A stretch of 64,000 bases of DNA. Source: Octopus vulgaris. Lineage: Eukaryota. The notes under the pieces are model-generated. The model was not told the origin of the DNA, made no database searches, and saw only the letters and a program-made list of their open reading frames with translations. The stretch is taken from positions 24,056,001-24,120,000 of the forward strand of contig OX597835.1 of the NCBI GenBank assembly GCA_951406725.2, in the 5' to 3' direction. This document shows, in pieces, positions 50,936 to 62,784 of this stretch (positions within the stretch are counted from its first letter, which is position 1; every line of letters starts with the position of its first letter). The position numbers and the translations under genes are program-made.

Positions 50936-51499
50936 CACGATAAGCTTCTTTCAGTTTCCGTCTACCAAATTCACTAACAAGGCTTTGGTCGGCCCGAAGC
51001 TATAGTCGAAGACACCTGCCGAAGGTGCTACGTAGTAGGACCGAACCTGGAACCACGTGGTTGGAAACAAGCTTCTTACCCCCCACCACACACACGCATG
51101 CGTGCACCCACACATACGCACAAAGCTTTCCATCTACCAAATTACTCACAAGGCATTGGTCTGCCCACGGCTGTTGTACAAGGCACTTGCCTAAGGTGCC
51201 TGCGCAGTTGGACTGAACCAAAAACCACGTAGGTAGGGTAGGGTAGGTAGATAGGAGGGGTTTGTTGACGAGAAGGTAGAAGCTCACTGTTCGGGAATAG
51301 AAAATAAATCACTGGAAAATGTCAAATTGTTTTATTAATAAACTAATGTCGTAAGTGACTTATTAAAACGTCGTTTATTATACCAACACAGTCATTTATT
51401 TAACAGCATTTATACGTATGTAAGACAAATCTCAGTGGGTAGTTTTTGTATAGCTTTCCTCTCCCCCCCCTCTCTCGTGTGTGTGGGTGGGTGTTGTCA

Positions 51500-51700
51500 A
51501 AAAAAAAAAAACGAAAACAGGAAAAAACCAAAGTCAAAAGGACGTACATACTGAATGTAAAAGGTTAACGCTCAGAGAAAGAGAGAGAGAATTTGTGATT
51601 GGAAAAGGATGAGGGGGTGTAACGTTTCGAGCGTGGCTCTTTCGTCAGAAAGAGGAGAAATGTCAAGAGAGACGGGAAACAATAGTCCGAGAAAAACGTG
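51500..51700 (-). mobile_element. short PLE-like element with minimal hammerhead motif
   Basis: Minus CTTT-CTGACGA-AAGAGC-CAC-GCTC-GAAA-CG-TT at 51617-51652; canonical core, decayed stem I. Confidence 0.62.
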
Positions 51701-52280
51701 TGTGTGTGTGTGTGTGTGTGTAAATGTCAAATAATGAAAATGAGTGCTCAACACCATATTGGTGGATAGAATTTATTTGTGAATTAAGGCTACCATTGGT
51801 TTCATGTTAAGAAAAGTAGGAAAATATCCTGGTGTCTTAACAATTTTTCAAGCCTATCATATGGTGTGTGTATGTGTTCTTTTGTTCTTTTACTTATTTC
51901 AGTCATTTGACTGCGGCCATGCTGGAGCACCGCCTTAAAGGGGTTTTAGTCGAAGAAATGGCCCCGACTCCATGACTTATTCTTTGTAAGCTTGGTACGT
52001 ATTCTATCGGTGTCTTTGGTCGAACCGCGAAGTTACGGGGACATAACCGCACCAACATCGGTTATCAAGCGACGGTGGGGTTGGGCAGACACACACACAT
52101 AAATAAATAAATATATATATACAATGTAACTGAACTGCGATAAACCAAAAGAAACGACGCAAATTGAGTCATCTAATGATTTCCTGAAAACTAACGTGTA
52201 ATCTTTCTAACTAACTTAGGTTATTTCCGTTTATCTGTAATTTATCGCCAGTTATCTATTTAAACCCTCTCCAATTTAAA

Positions 52281-52320
<40 letters not shown>

Positions 52321-52331
<11 letters not shown>

Positions 52332-52615
52332 GAAATAAGGTACTCAGAAATTTAGATGGTTTTATATTTACAGATTTTTATTAATGTCGCATGTTTTTAT
52401 AAATCATATATTAGCGCTTGCGTCCACTCTAGTGGAGTCGTCAGAGTGGACGCAAGCGCTAATATATGATTTATAAAAACATGTGACGTATTAATAAATA
52501 TCTGTAAATATAAAACCATCCAGATTTCTGAGTACCTTATTTCTTCTAATATATAATACCTGTATTATATTCCGTATTTGGAGTTTGAGCAAACCGCCAT
52601 TTTCATCTTAATATA
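52321..52615. mobile_element. fold-back element with hammerhead remnant at the apex
   Basis: About 110-bp arms (52321-52430 / 52443-52554), 12-nt loop, 41-bp perfect inner stem, single-copy tail, (TA)n upstream. Confidence 0.88.
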
Positions 52616-53059
52616 CACATTGGGTGAAGGCCGCGGACTGGCAGAATTACGGCTACGTAAACACACCAATATCGGTTGTCAAGCGGTGGTGGGAGACAAA
52701 CATGCGCGCGCGCGCGACGGTTTCCTTTCAGTTTCCATTTACCACATCCATTCAGAAGGCTTTGGTCGATCCTAGGCTATATTAGAAGGCACTTTCCCAA
52801 AGTGCTACGCAGTGCGACTGAACCTGAAACCGCGTGTTTTGTAAGCAAGCCTCTTACCACCTGCACCTATTATAAATGTCTGATAACAATCGCCCACGTT
52901 TTGATTTGCTTTCTACATGTATTTTGTGTAACACACTGTCTCGGGTTTCTTAACAAAGTATACATTTACGGTACACGAACAGAACTACATATGAATCTTA
53001 AACTGTGCAACAATTTATTGCGCAGTTTAAGATTCAAATTACCTGGATGAATTATATAC

Positions 53060-53335
53060 GAGGTTCCCAGTTGATCCACTCAATGGAACAGCCTCTTCGG
53101 GAAATTAAGGTGCAAGTGGCTGAGCACTTCACAGACACGCGTACCTTTAACGTGGTTCTGGGTGTGATTCAGCGTAACAGAGAGAGTGATTAAGCTGGCT
53201 CTTTGAACTACAGGTGCAATTCATTTTCGCCAGCGGAGTGAACTGGAGCAACGTGGAATTAAGTGCTTTGTTTACGAACACAACGCTCCGCCGATGATCA
53301 AACTCACGTGAGCTTAAGCCACGCATCTTCACAAA
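53060..53335 (-). mobile_element. old SINE: family D head with tail type Y
   Basis: Head matches 59220-59360; tail matches the reverse complement of 59620-59780. Confidence 0.7.
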
Positions 53336-54044
53336 ATTGTGTGTATACACACACACTAAGGGAGTGTTTGACCTTTTGTTTTCAGGATGTGACAGTTATA
53401 GTTCGGTAATTAGGAGCTTTTAGTCAGGTATGCCTGCTAACTGCGCCTAAATTGAAGATGACGCACCTAAATAGACATACCTGTTTACAAGCTTCTATCT
53501 ACATGCATGAAAAAATTCTGAACAATAACCCAACCTCAAATTTAATCGATGAAATTTTCCGTAACACCTCTCCGCCACAACATGCCATACAACCTAATCA
53601 CCATTTAACAGAGCTCAGCGTAACCTAGAAAATTTTGTCGTAACCGTGATTGTCAGGACGAACTCAAATGAACCACATTCACATGACAGCTTATCTGGCC
53701 GAACCGTCATTCTTGATATTATTCTTGTTAAGCAATAATAAATTAGTGCTGTACAAGATGTGATGAGTAATCATTCAGTTTAACTTAAAATTGCCTTGAT
53801 TACATGTGATAGTGGTGATAAGCGAATGTCATCTTCATGTGAGCGTTCGCCTTCGTTTCCGAATTTCTATGAAAGATTTTTCTGCTCACGGGGAATATTA
53901 CCTTATTTGGAAACAGATGAGGGTTGCAGACTGGAACAGCATCGGGTTACAGAAAATCCAACGAATTACGTGCAACATATGTCAGCATGGAAAAGTGGAT
54001 ATTAAATGATTGTGTGTGTGTATATGTGTATGTATGTCTGTATG

Positions 54045-54089
<45 letters not shown>

Positions 54090-54373
54090 ATGTGTGCATG
54101 TATGTGTGTGTGTGCATGTATGGATGTATATATGTGTGTCTGTGTATGTATGTATGTATGTATGTGTATGTTTGTGTGTGTATGTATGTGTATACGCGAT
54201 GTAGGTAAAGACATTTGAGAAATTTGAAAAGTTAACACGAAACCGGTAATTTCTTCAAAAACTATGTTACTATATGAAAAAATTTTGTAACACTCTTCTA
54301 ACATAACGACTTAAATATATTCTTTAACCTTATAAAACAAGCCTTCTGTAGTTTTTCACTCTTTTCTATTTTC

Positions 54374-54419
<46 letters not shown>

Positions 54420-54758
54420 TGTGTGTCTGTCTGTACATACATACGTGTAAATATCGAGCAATGACAATGAGTGCTCAACACTGCATTGGTGGATAAAGAT
54501 CCTTTTGTATATTAAGGCTACCATTGGTTTCATGTTACAGAAGCCCTCTGCAATTATCAAACCGGAAGTAACAAATGATGATATTCGATAATTGTATGTA
54601 AATCTATAGGGAAGTTATAGCTTTTCCATAGGTTCTTTCTGTACACTCCAGTAGTTTTTATTTATTCTATCTTTTGCTTGTTTTTCATTGGACTGCGGCC
54701 ATGCTGGGGCACCACCTCGAAGGGTTTTACGCAAACGAATCGACCCCAGTGCTTATCA

Positions 54759-55674
54759 TTGGGTCATCCCATAAATAATGCAGTTTTTTATACTAATATT
54801 TTTCAAAATTAAGATAAAGTTCTTTTCTAATGTAATATTTACTCTCCTTCATTTTCTACAATGCTCTTCCATCTGTCAGGTAGATTTGCAAGGCCCTTCT
54901 TCCAAAATTCACTTGTCCGTGACGAAAAATACTCCTCCATTACTGTTCTGACCTCGTCTACAGAATTCATATTTTTTTATCCTAATGATTTTGAAGACTG
55001 CGGAATAAATGATAATCAGATGGGGGAAATGTCCGGCGAAATTGGTGGGTGGGGCATCGTTTCCCATTCAAACTGTTCCAGCCTATGGAATGTCATCCTC
55101 GCTGTATGTGGTCGAGGATTATCCTGATGGAAGAATACCTTTCGTCTTGAAACCAGCGATGGTCGTTCTTTTTTCTTTTTCTTTTTTCTAGCTCCGACTT
55201 GAATGAGTGGTTGAATGACCAAATCCAAGCTTCTCTGCTAGTTCAACTGTTACGATGGGATTTTGTTCCATCAGGGTTTGCAGGACGTCTTTATCGAGCT
55301 CTACAGATCTTCCAGGACGAGGCTCGTCTTCTAGGTTATAGTTTTCGGATCGGAATTTCTGGAACCACCGTTGACACTGGCTTACGCTTATTGTCCGATC
55401 CCCATATATTGCATTAATATTCCTCGCATTTTCCGTTGCGTTATTGCCTTTATTGAAGTCATAAAGCAAAATATGCCGAATATGCTCCTTTGTCACTTTC
55501 ATTATAGCTTTAAAAAGATAACTGTTAAAATTGAACTGTACTCTTCAAAACTTGCTCTAAGAATAAGTTAAAATTACTGCCTGCATTTATAGTAAGTTGA
55601 TGCAGGTCGTTTATCCCGTCCTCCTCCGACTTTTAGTTCATGCAATCGAAAAAACCATTTTTTAGGTGACCCAA
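54759..55674 (-). mobile_element. internally deleted mariner transposon nested in a SINE B
   Basis: TIRs TTGGGTCATCCC / GGTGACCCAA|TA. Minus ORF 55502-55188 encodes the mariner HTH (HIRHILLYDFNKGNNA...QRWFQKFRS...LEDEPRPGRS), joined to FHQDNPRPH...PHPPISPDISP; the central catalytic part is deleted. Confidence 0.93.
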
Positions 55675-55739
55675 TATTTATTGATTCTGGTATTTATTCT
55701 AACCATCTGTTTCGCCAAACCGATAAGCTATGGGGACGT

Positions 55740-55809
<70 letters not shown>

Positions 55810-55830
55810 ACTCACTCACTCACTCACTCA

Positions 55831-55861
<31 letters not shown>

Positions 55862-56684
55862 GATGCGTTTCACACATATGCGACGGGCTTCTTTCAGTTT
55901 ACGTCTATCAAATCCATTCTTGAGGATTTGGTTGGTCCGAGGCTATAGCAGGAGATAGTTGTTCAAGGCACCACGCAGTGGGACTGAACCCGGAACCACG
56001 TAGCTAGGAAACAAACGTCGTACCACACAACCACCTTCGTTTAATTATTCACATGTAATTGTTGTCCACAATTACACGTTCGTATGTAACTGTGCTGGCT
56101 CACTTGGGACGACATGCAAACCATCGAATTGCTTTCAAAATGGCGTTCGTTGTCGAGTGTACTTCAGCTGCTCTTTCTGAAAAACTCAGTATATCACAAA
56201 CCAGTTCTGTACAGATCAATGTCTGTCCATGTGGCATAATGAGGGAGCTTTGTTAATAAAGATAAAGGGTTTCACCAGTCCTCTGTGGAATTATGGGATG
56301 TCACTTCCGGCCAATCTACTGTCATTCACTTCAACTCTTTAACGTTTAAAACCGACCAAATTCGGCTCAAATATATATTCTACCTGTTTGTTTTACGTTA
56401 AAACTGGCAAAGGTTAATTCAAAACAATGTAAATAAATAAGCATCACGTTTGGCAGAGTGATGCGAAAGGGTTAAATGCCATCGTCTGCCAGACAGTGAT
56501 AGAGCGCGATCGCCATTGACGTTATCACTCTTTGTCTCTCTTTTTATTTCTTACTGATTAATTAAAAATGACTCTACGTGCTTCGTGTGTGGTCGTGTGG
56601 ATGGATTTAGGTGTGGTTGTTCGCGTGCTGTTTTGTTTGATGGATTTGTCTTTTGTTTGTTTTCGTCTATTGTTATGAGTGTGT

Positions 56685-56847
56685 GGTGCAGGAGTGGCTG
56701 TGTGGTAAGTAGCTTGCTTACCAACCACATGGTTCCAGGTTCAGTCCCACTACGTGGAATCTTGGGCAAGTGTCTTCTACTATAGTCTCGGGCCGACCAA
56801 TGCTTTGTGAGTGGATTTGGTAGACGGAAACTGAAAGAAGCCTGTCG

Positions 56848-56880
<33 letters not shown>

Positions 56881-57058
56881 TATTGTGTTATCCCCCATCG
56901 ATGTTGGTGTGTTTATGTCCCTGTAACTTAGTGGTTTGGCAAAAGGACCAATAGAATAAGTACTAGGCTTACAAAGAATAAGTCCAAGGGTCGATTTCTT
57001 CAACTAAAGGTGGTGTTCCAGCATGGCCGCAGTCAAATGACTGAAACAAGTAAAAGAA
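56685..57058 (+). mobile_element. full-length SINE B
   Basis: Complete head, internal microsatellite and 3' end. Confidence 0.9.
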
Positions 57059-57817
57059 TATGTGTCTCTGTAGAATAGATATACGCTTGTTTGTAGGTGA
57101 TTGTATAGATATGACTTTTAATCGAACGAATCGACCCCAGTATTTAAGTTTTTTTTGTAAAACCTGATGCTTTTTTCTATCCGTCCCATTTGGACGTAAA
57201 CACACCAAGACCGGTTGTCAAGTAGTGGTGGGGCGTAAAAAAACACACACGCACACACTTGACGGGCTTCTTTCAGTTTCCGTCTGCCGAGTTCTCTCAC
57301 AAGGCTATAGTAGAAGACACATTCCCAAGATACCACGCAGTGGGACCGAACCCGGAACCATGTTCGAAAGCAAACTTCTTAAGGCGGGCGAGCTGGCAGA
57401 ATCGTTAACACGCCGGGTAAGATGCTTAGCGTCTTTACGTTCTGGGTTCAAATTCCGCCGGGGTTGACTTTATCTTTTCATACTTTCGGGGTCGATGAAA
57501 TAAGTACCAGCAGAACACAGGAGATCGATGTAATCGTACACCCTCCCCCAGAATTGCTGGCCTTGTGTCAAAACTTCGAATCAGTACTGAAAATGTATTA
57601 ATGATGTTGTGTGTGTTTGTTCGAGTGCGATTGGTTGACACATGCGTGGGTTTGTTTTGCGCACGCTGTGATAAAAGTGTGTGTGTGCTTTTGAGCTGTA
57701 CGTCAAGTTCATGTTTGTATAGAGAGATAGATATACGTAGGAGTTTTTGCTTGTGGAGGAATACGTGAGTTTGCATCCCGTGATATTGCTTCCATAATGT
57801 AGTTTCTGGGTGCACGC

Positions 57818-57872
<55 letters not shown>

Positions 57873-58037
57873 ACTCACTCTCCTCTTTCCTCCTAATCAC
57901 AAGATTTATTTAAAAAATTTTTTTATCTTTCAACTGTGTCAACTGAACATAATCACACACACACACTTCCTGCAGGATTTGATCTTTCACCTCAGATCAA
58001 TCATATGTATGAAGTACAGTTATCTATATTGTATTGC

Positions 58038-58596
58038 ATCAGTTTTATTTCGGGATTTCTTGCCAATAGAGAAAGATCCGGTTTCTAACCTAGACCCAAG
58101 GCTCCTTCATTGGCATTTCAACATTAACAGGGTATGTATGTATGTATGCTTGCACGTATGTATGTGTGTGTGTGTGTATGTATGTATGCATGTATGCACG
58201 TATGTATGCACGTATGTATGTATGCATGCACGTATGTATGTGTGTGTGTATATGTATGTGTATGTATGTATGTATGTATGCACGTATGTATGCATGCATG
58301 CACGTATGTATGCATGTATGCACGTATGTATGCACGTATGTATGCATGCACGTATGTATGCATGCATGCACGTATGTATGCATGTATGTACGTATGTATG
58401 CACGTATGTACGTATGCATGCACGTATGCATGTACGCATGCATGTACGTATGCATGTATATATGTATGTGTATGTATGTATATGTATGTATTTATGTATG
58501 TATATTTATGTATGTATGTATGTATGTGTGTGTGTGTATATGTGTGTATGCATGCATGCATGTATTCTCATGCATTTAGTTGGAAATCTAGGCATG

Positions 58597-58637
<41 letters not shown>

Positions 58638-58790
58638 GATAAACTTCTGGAAAGTTTTAAATATTTTTACAGTCCTGTAGTCTTCAAATCAGCTTTCTCC
58701 TTTCTGGTTTTGGGAAGCCTAATTTCTCATGATTGGTATTTAGACAGCGTGTTATATAACCCAGGTATAAACCCGAATTCGTAATCTGAA
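58038..58790 (-). mobile_element. R4/Dong-like LINE 3' end with ~500 bp microsatellite in the 3' UTR
   Basis: Minus DYEFGFIP/LGYITRCLNTNHEKLGFPKPERRKLI.../TVKIFKTFQKFII, then a compound ATGT/GCAC repeat (58131-58633), then an ~90-bp terminus also found at 32735-32825(+). Confidence 0.55.
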
Positions 58791-58799
58791 GAGATGTAT

Positions 58800-59360
58800 G
58801 TAAAAGGGTAAAGAATGACCATGGGATTGAACCTAGAAAGTTCTCCGAGGCACAAGCTCGGGCAAGGTTGTTTATGGAAGACCAGCAGTCGCCCATGCAT
58901 ACCTATTTCTTTACTACCCACAAGGGGCTAAACACAGACGGGACAAACAAGGACAGATAAACGAATTAAGTCGAATATAACGACCCCAGTGCGTAACTGG
59001 TACTTAATTTATCGACTCCGAAAGGATGAAAGGCAAAGTCGACCTCGGCGGAATTTGAACTCAGAACGTAGCGGCAGGCGAAATACCGCTAAGCATTTTG
59101 CCCGGCGTGCTAACGTTTCTGCCAACTCGCCCATGCATACCAGCTTCCCTTTTCCATGCCACCGATGTTATCCAAGGGAAAGGAAAACACTGATACAGCT
59201 TGGCACCATTTACGTTGCGGCTCATTTCTACAGCTGAGTGAACTGGAACACTATGAAATAAAGTGTCTTGCTCAAGAACACAGCCCGGGCCGGGAGTCGA
59301 ACTCACAATCTAATGATTGTGCGCTCGACGCTCTAACCACTGAGCCATGCGCCTTCACTG
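58800..59360 (-). mobile_element. SINE D split by a SINE A1 (58904-59131, -)
   Basis: Duplication TCGCCCATGCATACC at 58889-58903 and 59127-59141, overlapping the A1 5' end by microhomology. Confidence 0.88.
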
Positions 59361-59427
59361 TATGTATATATGCATGCATATGACTCCATTTTTGCCGAGC
59401 GCCAGACTAATATACTTGCTTGTTTGT

Positions 59428-59816
59428 GGAGGCGCAATGGCCCAGTGGTTAGGGCAGCGGACTCGCGGTCGTAGGATCGCGGTTTCGATTCCCAGACCGG
59501 GCGTTGTGAGTGTTTATTGAGCGAAAACACCTAAAGCTCCACGAGGCTCTGGCAGGGGATGGTGGCGAACCCTGCTGTACTCTTTCATCACAACTTTCTC
59601 TCACTCTTTCTTCCTGTTTCTGTTGTACCTGTATTTCAAAGAGCCAACCTTGTCACTCTCTGTGTCACGCTGAATATCCCCGAGAACTACGTTAAGGGTA
59701 CACGTGTCTGTGGAGTGCTCAGCCACTTACACGTTAATTTCACGAGTAGGCTGTTCCGTTGATCGGATCAACCGGAACCCTCGTCATCGTAACCGACGGA
59801 GTGCTTCCATCCATCC
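59428..59816 (+). mobile_element. SINE family C (tail type Y), full length
   Basis: 13-bp TSD ATACTTGCTTGTT at 59412-59424 and 59817-59829; (CCAT)n tail. Confidence 0.92.
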
Positions 59817-60124
59817 ATACTTGCTTGTTATTCCCTCAACTGTCTGTCTTGTTTTCTACACAGTTAAAACGCCCCCCACACACACACGTATGTATATAGT
59901 GAGGGGATGGGCTAAGCGCAAGCATAGCTGTGTGATTAAGAAGGTCGCTTTGCAGCCACTTGGTTTCGAGTTCAGTCCCACTGCGCGGCACCTTGGTCAA
60001 ACATCTTTTATAGAAGGCCGACCGATGGCCTTGCGTGTAAATTTGGTAGACGGAAACTGTGTGGAATCGCGTCGTGCTTGCGCCCACACAGTAGTACGGC
60101 AAAACTGACCGATAGAATAAGACT

Positions 60125-60293
60125 CGAGGCCGGCCCACGGTACTGGCAACTCGGCCAGTCACCCGAGGCGCCATGTGCCAGGTGACGCTAAGGAGGGCGT
60201 GATGATAAAGACAAGGAAATTTCTACAACCATCAGCTTGTACACGCCGAGGTTAAGCTTGCCCGGGGCGCCAGCAACCTTAGGGCCGGCCCTG
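60125..60293. mobile_element. hAT-type MITE nested in SINE B
   Basis: TIR CGAGGCCGGCCC / GGGCCGGCCCTG; 8-bp TSD ATAAGACT / ATAAGGCT. Confidence 0.8.
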
Positions 60294-60812
60294 ATAAGGC
60301 TTCAAGCAAAACGCTCTGCCCCAGCATAGCTACATTCAAATGAGTGAAACAAATAAAATAGGTATTTTCTTGACGTTATCAAAATCTTTTATAAACTTCC
60401 GGGGAATGTGACTTTATTTTTTCCGTAATAGGCGCAGCGTGGGTGTGTGGAAAGAAGCCTGCTTCCCAACCACGCGGTTCCGGGAATACACTTGTAGTGC
60501 TCAAGAGGTTTAACTTGAGCGGGCAGAGGAGTAAATGTAAGGACAAGCAAGTTGGGCAGGTCAGTATACAAAGTATAATAAGAGATATCGAATACAAAGA
60601 AATTTATATATGATATCAAGAGGTAAAGCGGTTGTTCTTTTGTTTGTTTCGGTCATTTGGCTGCGGTCACGCTGGAGCACCGCATTTAGTCTAACAAATC
60701 GATCCCAGGACTTTTTCTTTGTAAGCCTAGTACTTATTCTATTGGCATCTTTTGCCGAACCGCGAAGTTATAGTGACATAAACACACCAACATCGGTTAT
60801 CAAGCATATGTG

Positions 60813-60860
<48 letters not shown>

Positions 60861-61191
60861 ACGGGCTTCTTTCAGTTTCCGTCTGCCAAATCCACTCAAG
60901 TATTTTGTCGGCCCAAGTTGCCACGCAATGGGACTGAACCCGGAACCACATGGTTGGTAGGCAAACTACTTACCGCACAGCCACTTTCTTCAACCACTTT
61001 AATTCTCGATATCATTTCTATTCTATGTAGGTCGGACTTCTTTGTATGTAAACATAGGCATGTTTTTGTATGTTATTTGATACACTTCGTACATTGACCT
61101 GCCTAACTTGCTTATCTATACATTACTTATATATAAATAAATATATGTCTGTGTGTGTGTCTGTGCGCGCACGCCAGTATTTTGTCGCCCT

Positions 61192-62111
61192 CAAAGGTAA
61201 AACGAGGGAATACCTATGCCCTTGATCAAGGTACAAGTCGGGAGCCTACCGTCTTTTAACGACAGGACATGTTTCATTGGCAACCGGTGTTGGTGTGTTC
61301 AATCCACGTAACTTAGCGGTAGGCCAAAAAAAAAAAAGACCGATAGAATAAGTACCAGACTAGCAAAAAAAGTATTGGGGTCGATTTATTCGACTAAAAT
61401 TTCTTCATAGCAGTGCCCCAGCATGACCGCAGACTGATGACTGAAATATAAGATAAGATGGGACCTTTTCGGTTTGAACGGCAGTTTTTAACATAATTTC
61501 TAGGTAACTAAAAAATTTTAAACTTCGTATACTGGTAGAATGTGTTTATAAAACATATTTTTCTCTTGGCTTTATTGAGAAAATTCTATGTTTTGTAAGA
61601 TATTTGTTGTCTTTTTTCTTCAATTTCTGCAATTTCAACCAATCACTGACGTCTATTGAGGTAAAAAAAAACATTCTGTGCCGTATGAATATGTCCCTTG
61701 TTTAAGAAACAGATTGGGTTTATTTACATTTGTGAAGAAAAAAAGATACCCTTCCCCCTAACCCTAAAACAGATTGAAATGCAATAGATCGATACTAGGG
61801 TCATGATTATGGGTGACAATTTCATATGACACTGCTAGAAAAAAACTGCCGTTCAAACCGAAAAGATCCATAAGATGAGACAGAGAATGATTTCTTGGTG
61901 TCTATATTGCCTCGCTTGTCATTGCTGTTTAGCCCTGGGCCAATACTGAGTTGGCTAGACCTGTTGGCAAAAGGCATTCAGACCGTGACCATCATGTCGG
62001 TTGAGGTGTACGTATGTGTGATATAATTTATGAAACGTGTCCTGTCGTTAAAAGAACACGGTAGGCTCCCGACTTGATCAAGCGGGTAGATGTCCCCTCG
62101 TTTTACCTTTG
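61192..62111. repeat. ~85-bp inverted repeat pair enclosing ~750 bp
   Basis: Arms 61192-61277 and 62030-62111, each starting at its inner end with ATGAAAC(A/G)TGTCCTGTCG. Confidence 0.88.
61461..61869. mobile_element. second copy of GG-ended 8-bp-TSD MITE (409 bp)
   Basis: Near-identical to 30183-30590; TSD ATAAGATG at 61453-61460 and 61870-61877. Confidence 0.92.
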
Positions 62112-62500
62112 TATACGTGTGTATGTCTCTCTGATCTACCTTTTTCATATCTTCTCCGCCTGCTACTCAAAAATGCATAGCCTCCTCCTCCACTTACCCC
62201 AATTCCCTATATATATATGTATGTATATGGGTGTGTGTTTCTCTGTGTTTGTGTATGTATAGGCACATACACACATACTATCTGATTCTCAAACACTTTC
62301 CCTCCCTCTCTCTCTCACTCATTCACTCACTTTGTGAATTTAGATGTTTAACTCCTCCCTCTCTTTTCTCACCCAACTTCACTCGCTCTCCTCTTCCTAT
62401 TTCCCCCAAACATGCCTCCCCTTGCCTTTCTATGTGTGTGCGCGTGTGCGCGATAACACAGCCCTAATGCATAATACATACGTGATAAATATGCAGGCTG

Positions 62501-62508
62501 TATATAAA
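62501..62508 (+). promoter_or_regulatory. candidate TATA box
   Basis: TATATAAA about 240 bp upstream of the 62742 ATG in unique sequence; weak evidence in an AT-rich genome. Confidence 0.3.
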
Positions 62509-62741
62509 GTGTGTCAAACAGAGTAGCTGTATATATGTACACACATATATTTATATGTGTGTGTGTATGAAGAGAGGAGACAGTGAATACTAAACGTGCA
62601 GAAAGTTTTGAGACTAGCAGAGACGTGTAAGAGACAAGCAATCTATACACTCACACCCACACTCGTACACATAACTAAATAACAACGGCAACTCAAACCG
62701 GAATTTCAGAGTTTGGTCAGGAAGTTTCTCTTGTGGCAACG

Positions 62742-62784
62742 ATGTCGAACGAAATGAAAATGGATTCAGTCATTGTGAGTGAAG
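62742..62784 (+). CDS. candidate alternative first coding exon (MSNEMKMDSVIVSE-G, phase 1)
   Basis: ACGATG start with A at -3, 43 nt open, donor AAG|GTAAAA at 62784/62785, preceded by UTR-like unique sequence. Confidence 0.45.

Noticed and set aside
59428-59500. tRNA-like A/B boxes
   Set aside because: SINE heads continuing into SINE bodies with TSDs; no complete cloverleaf, so not tRNA genes.
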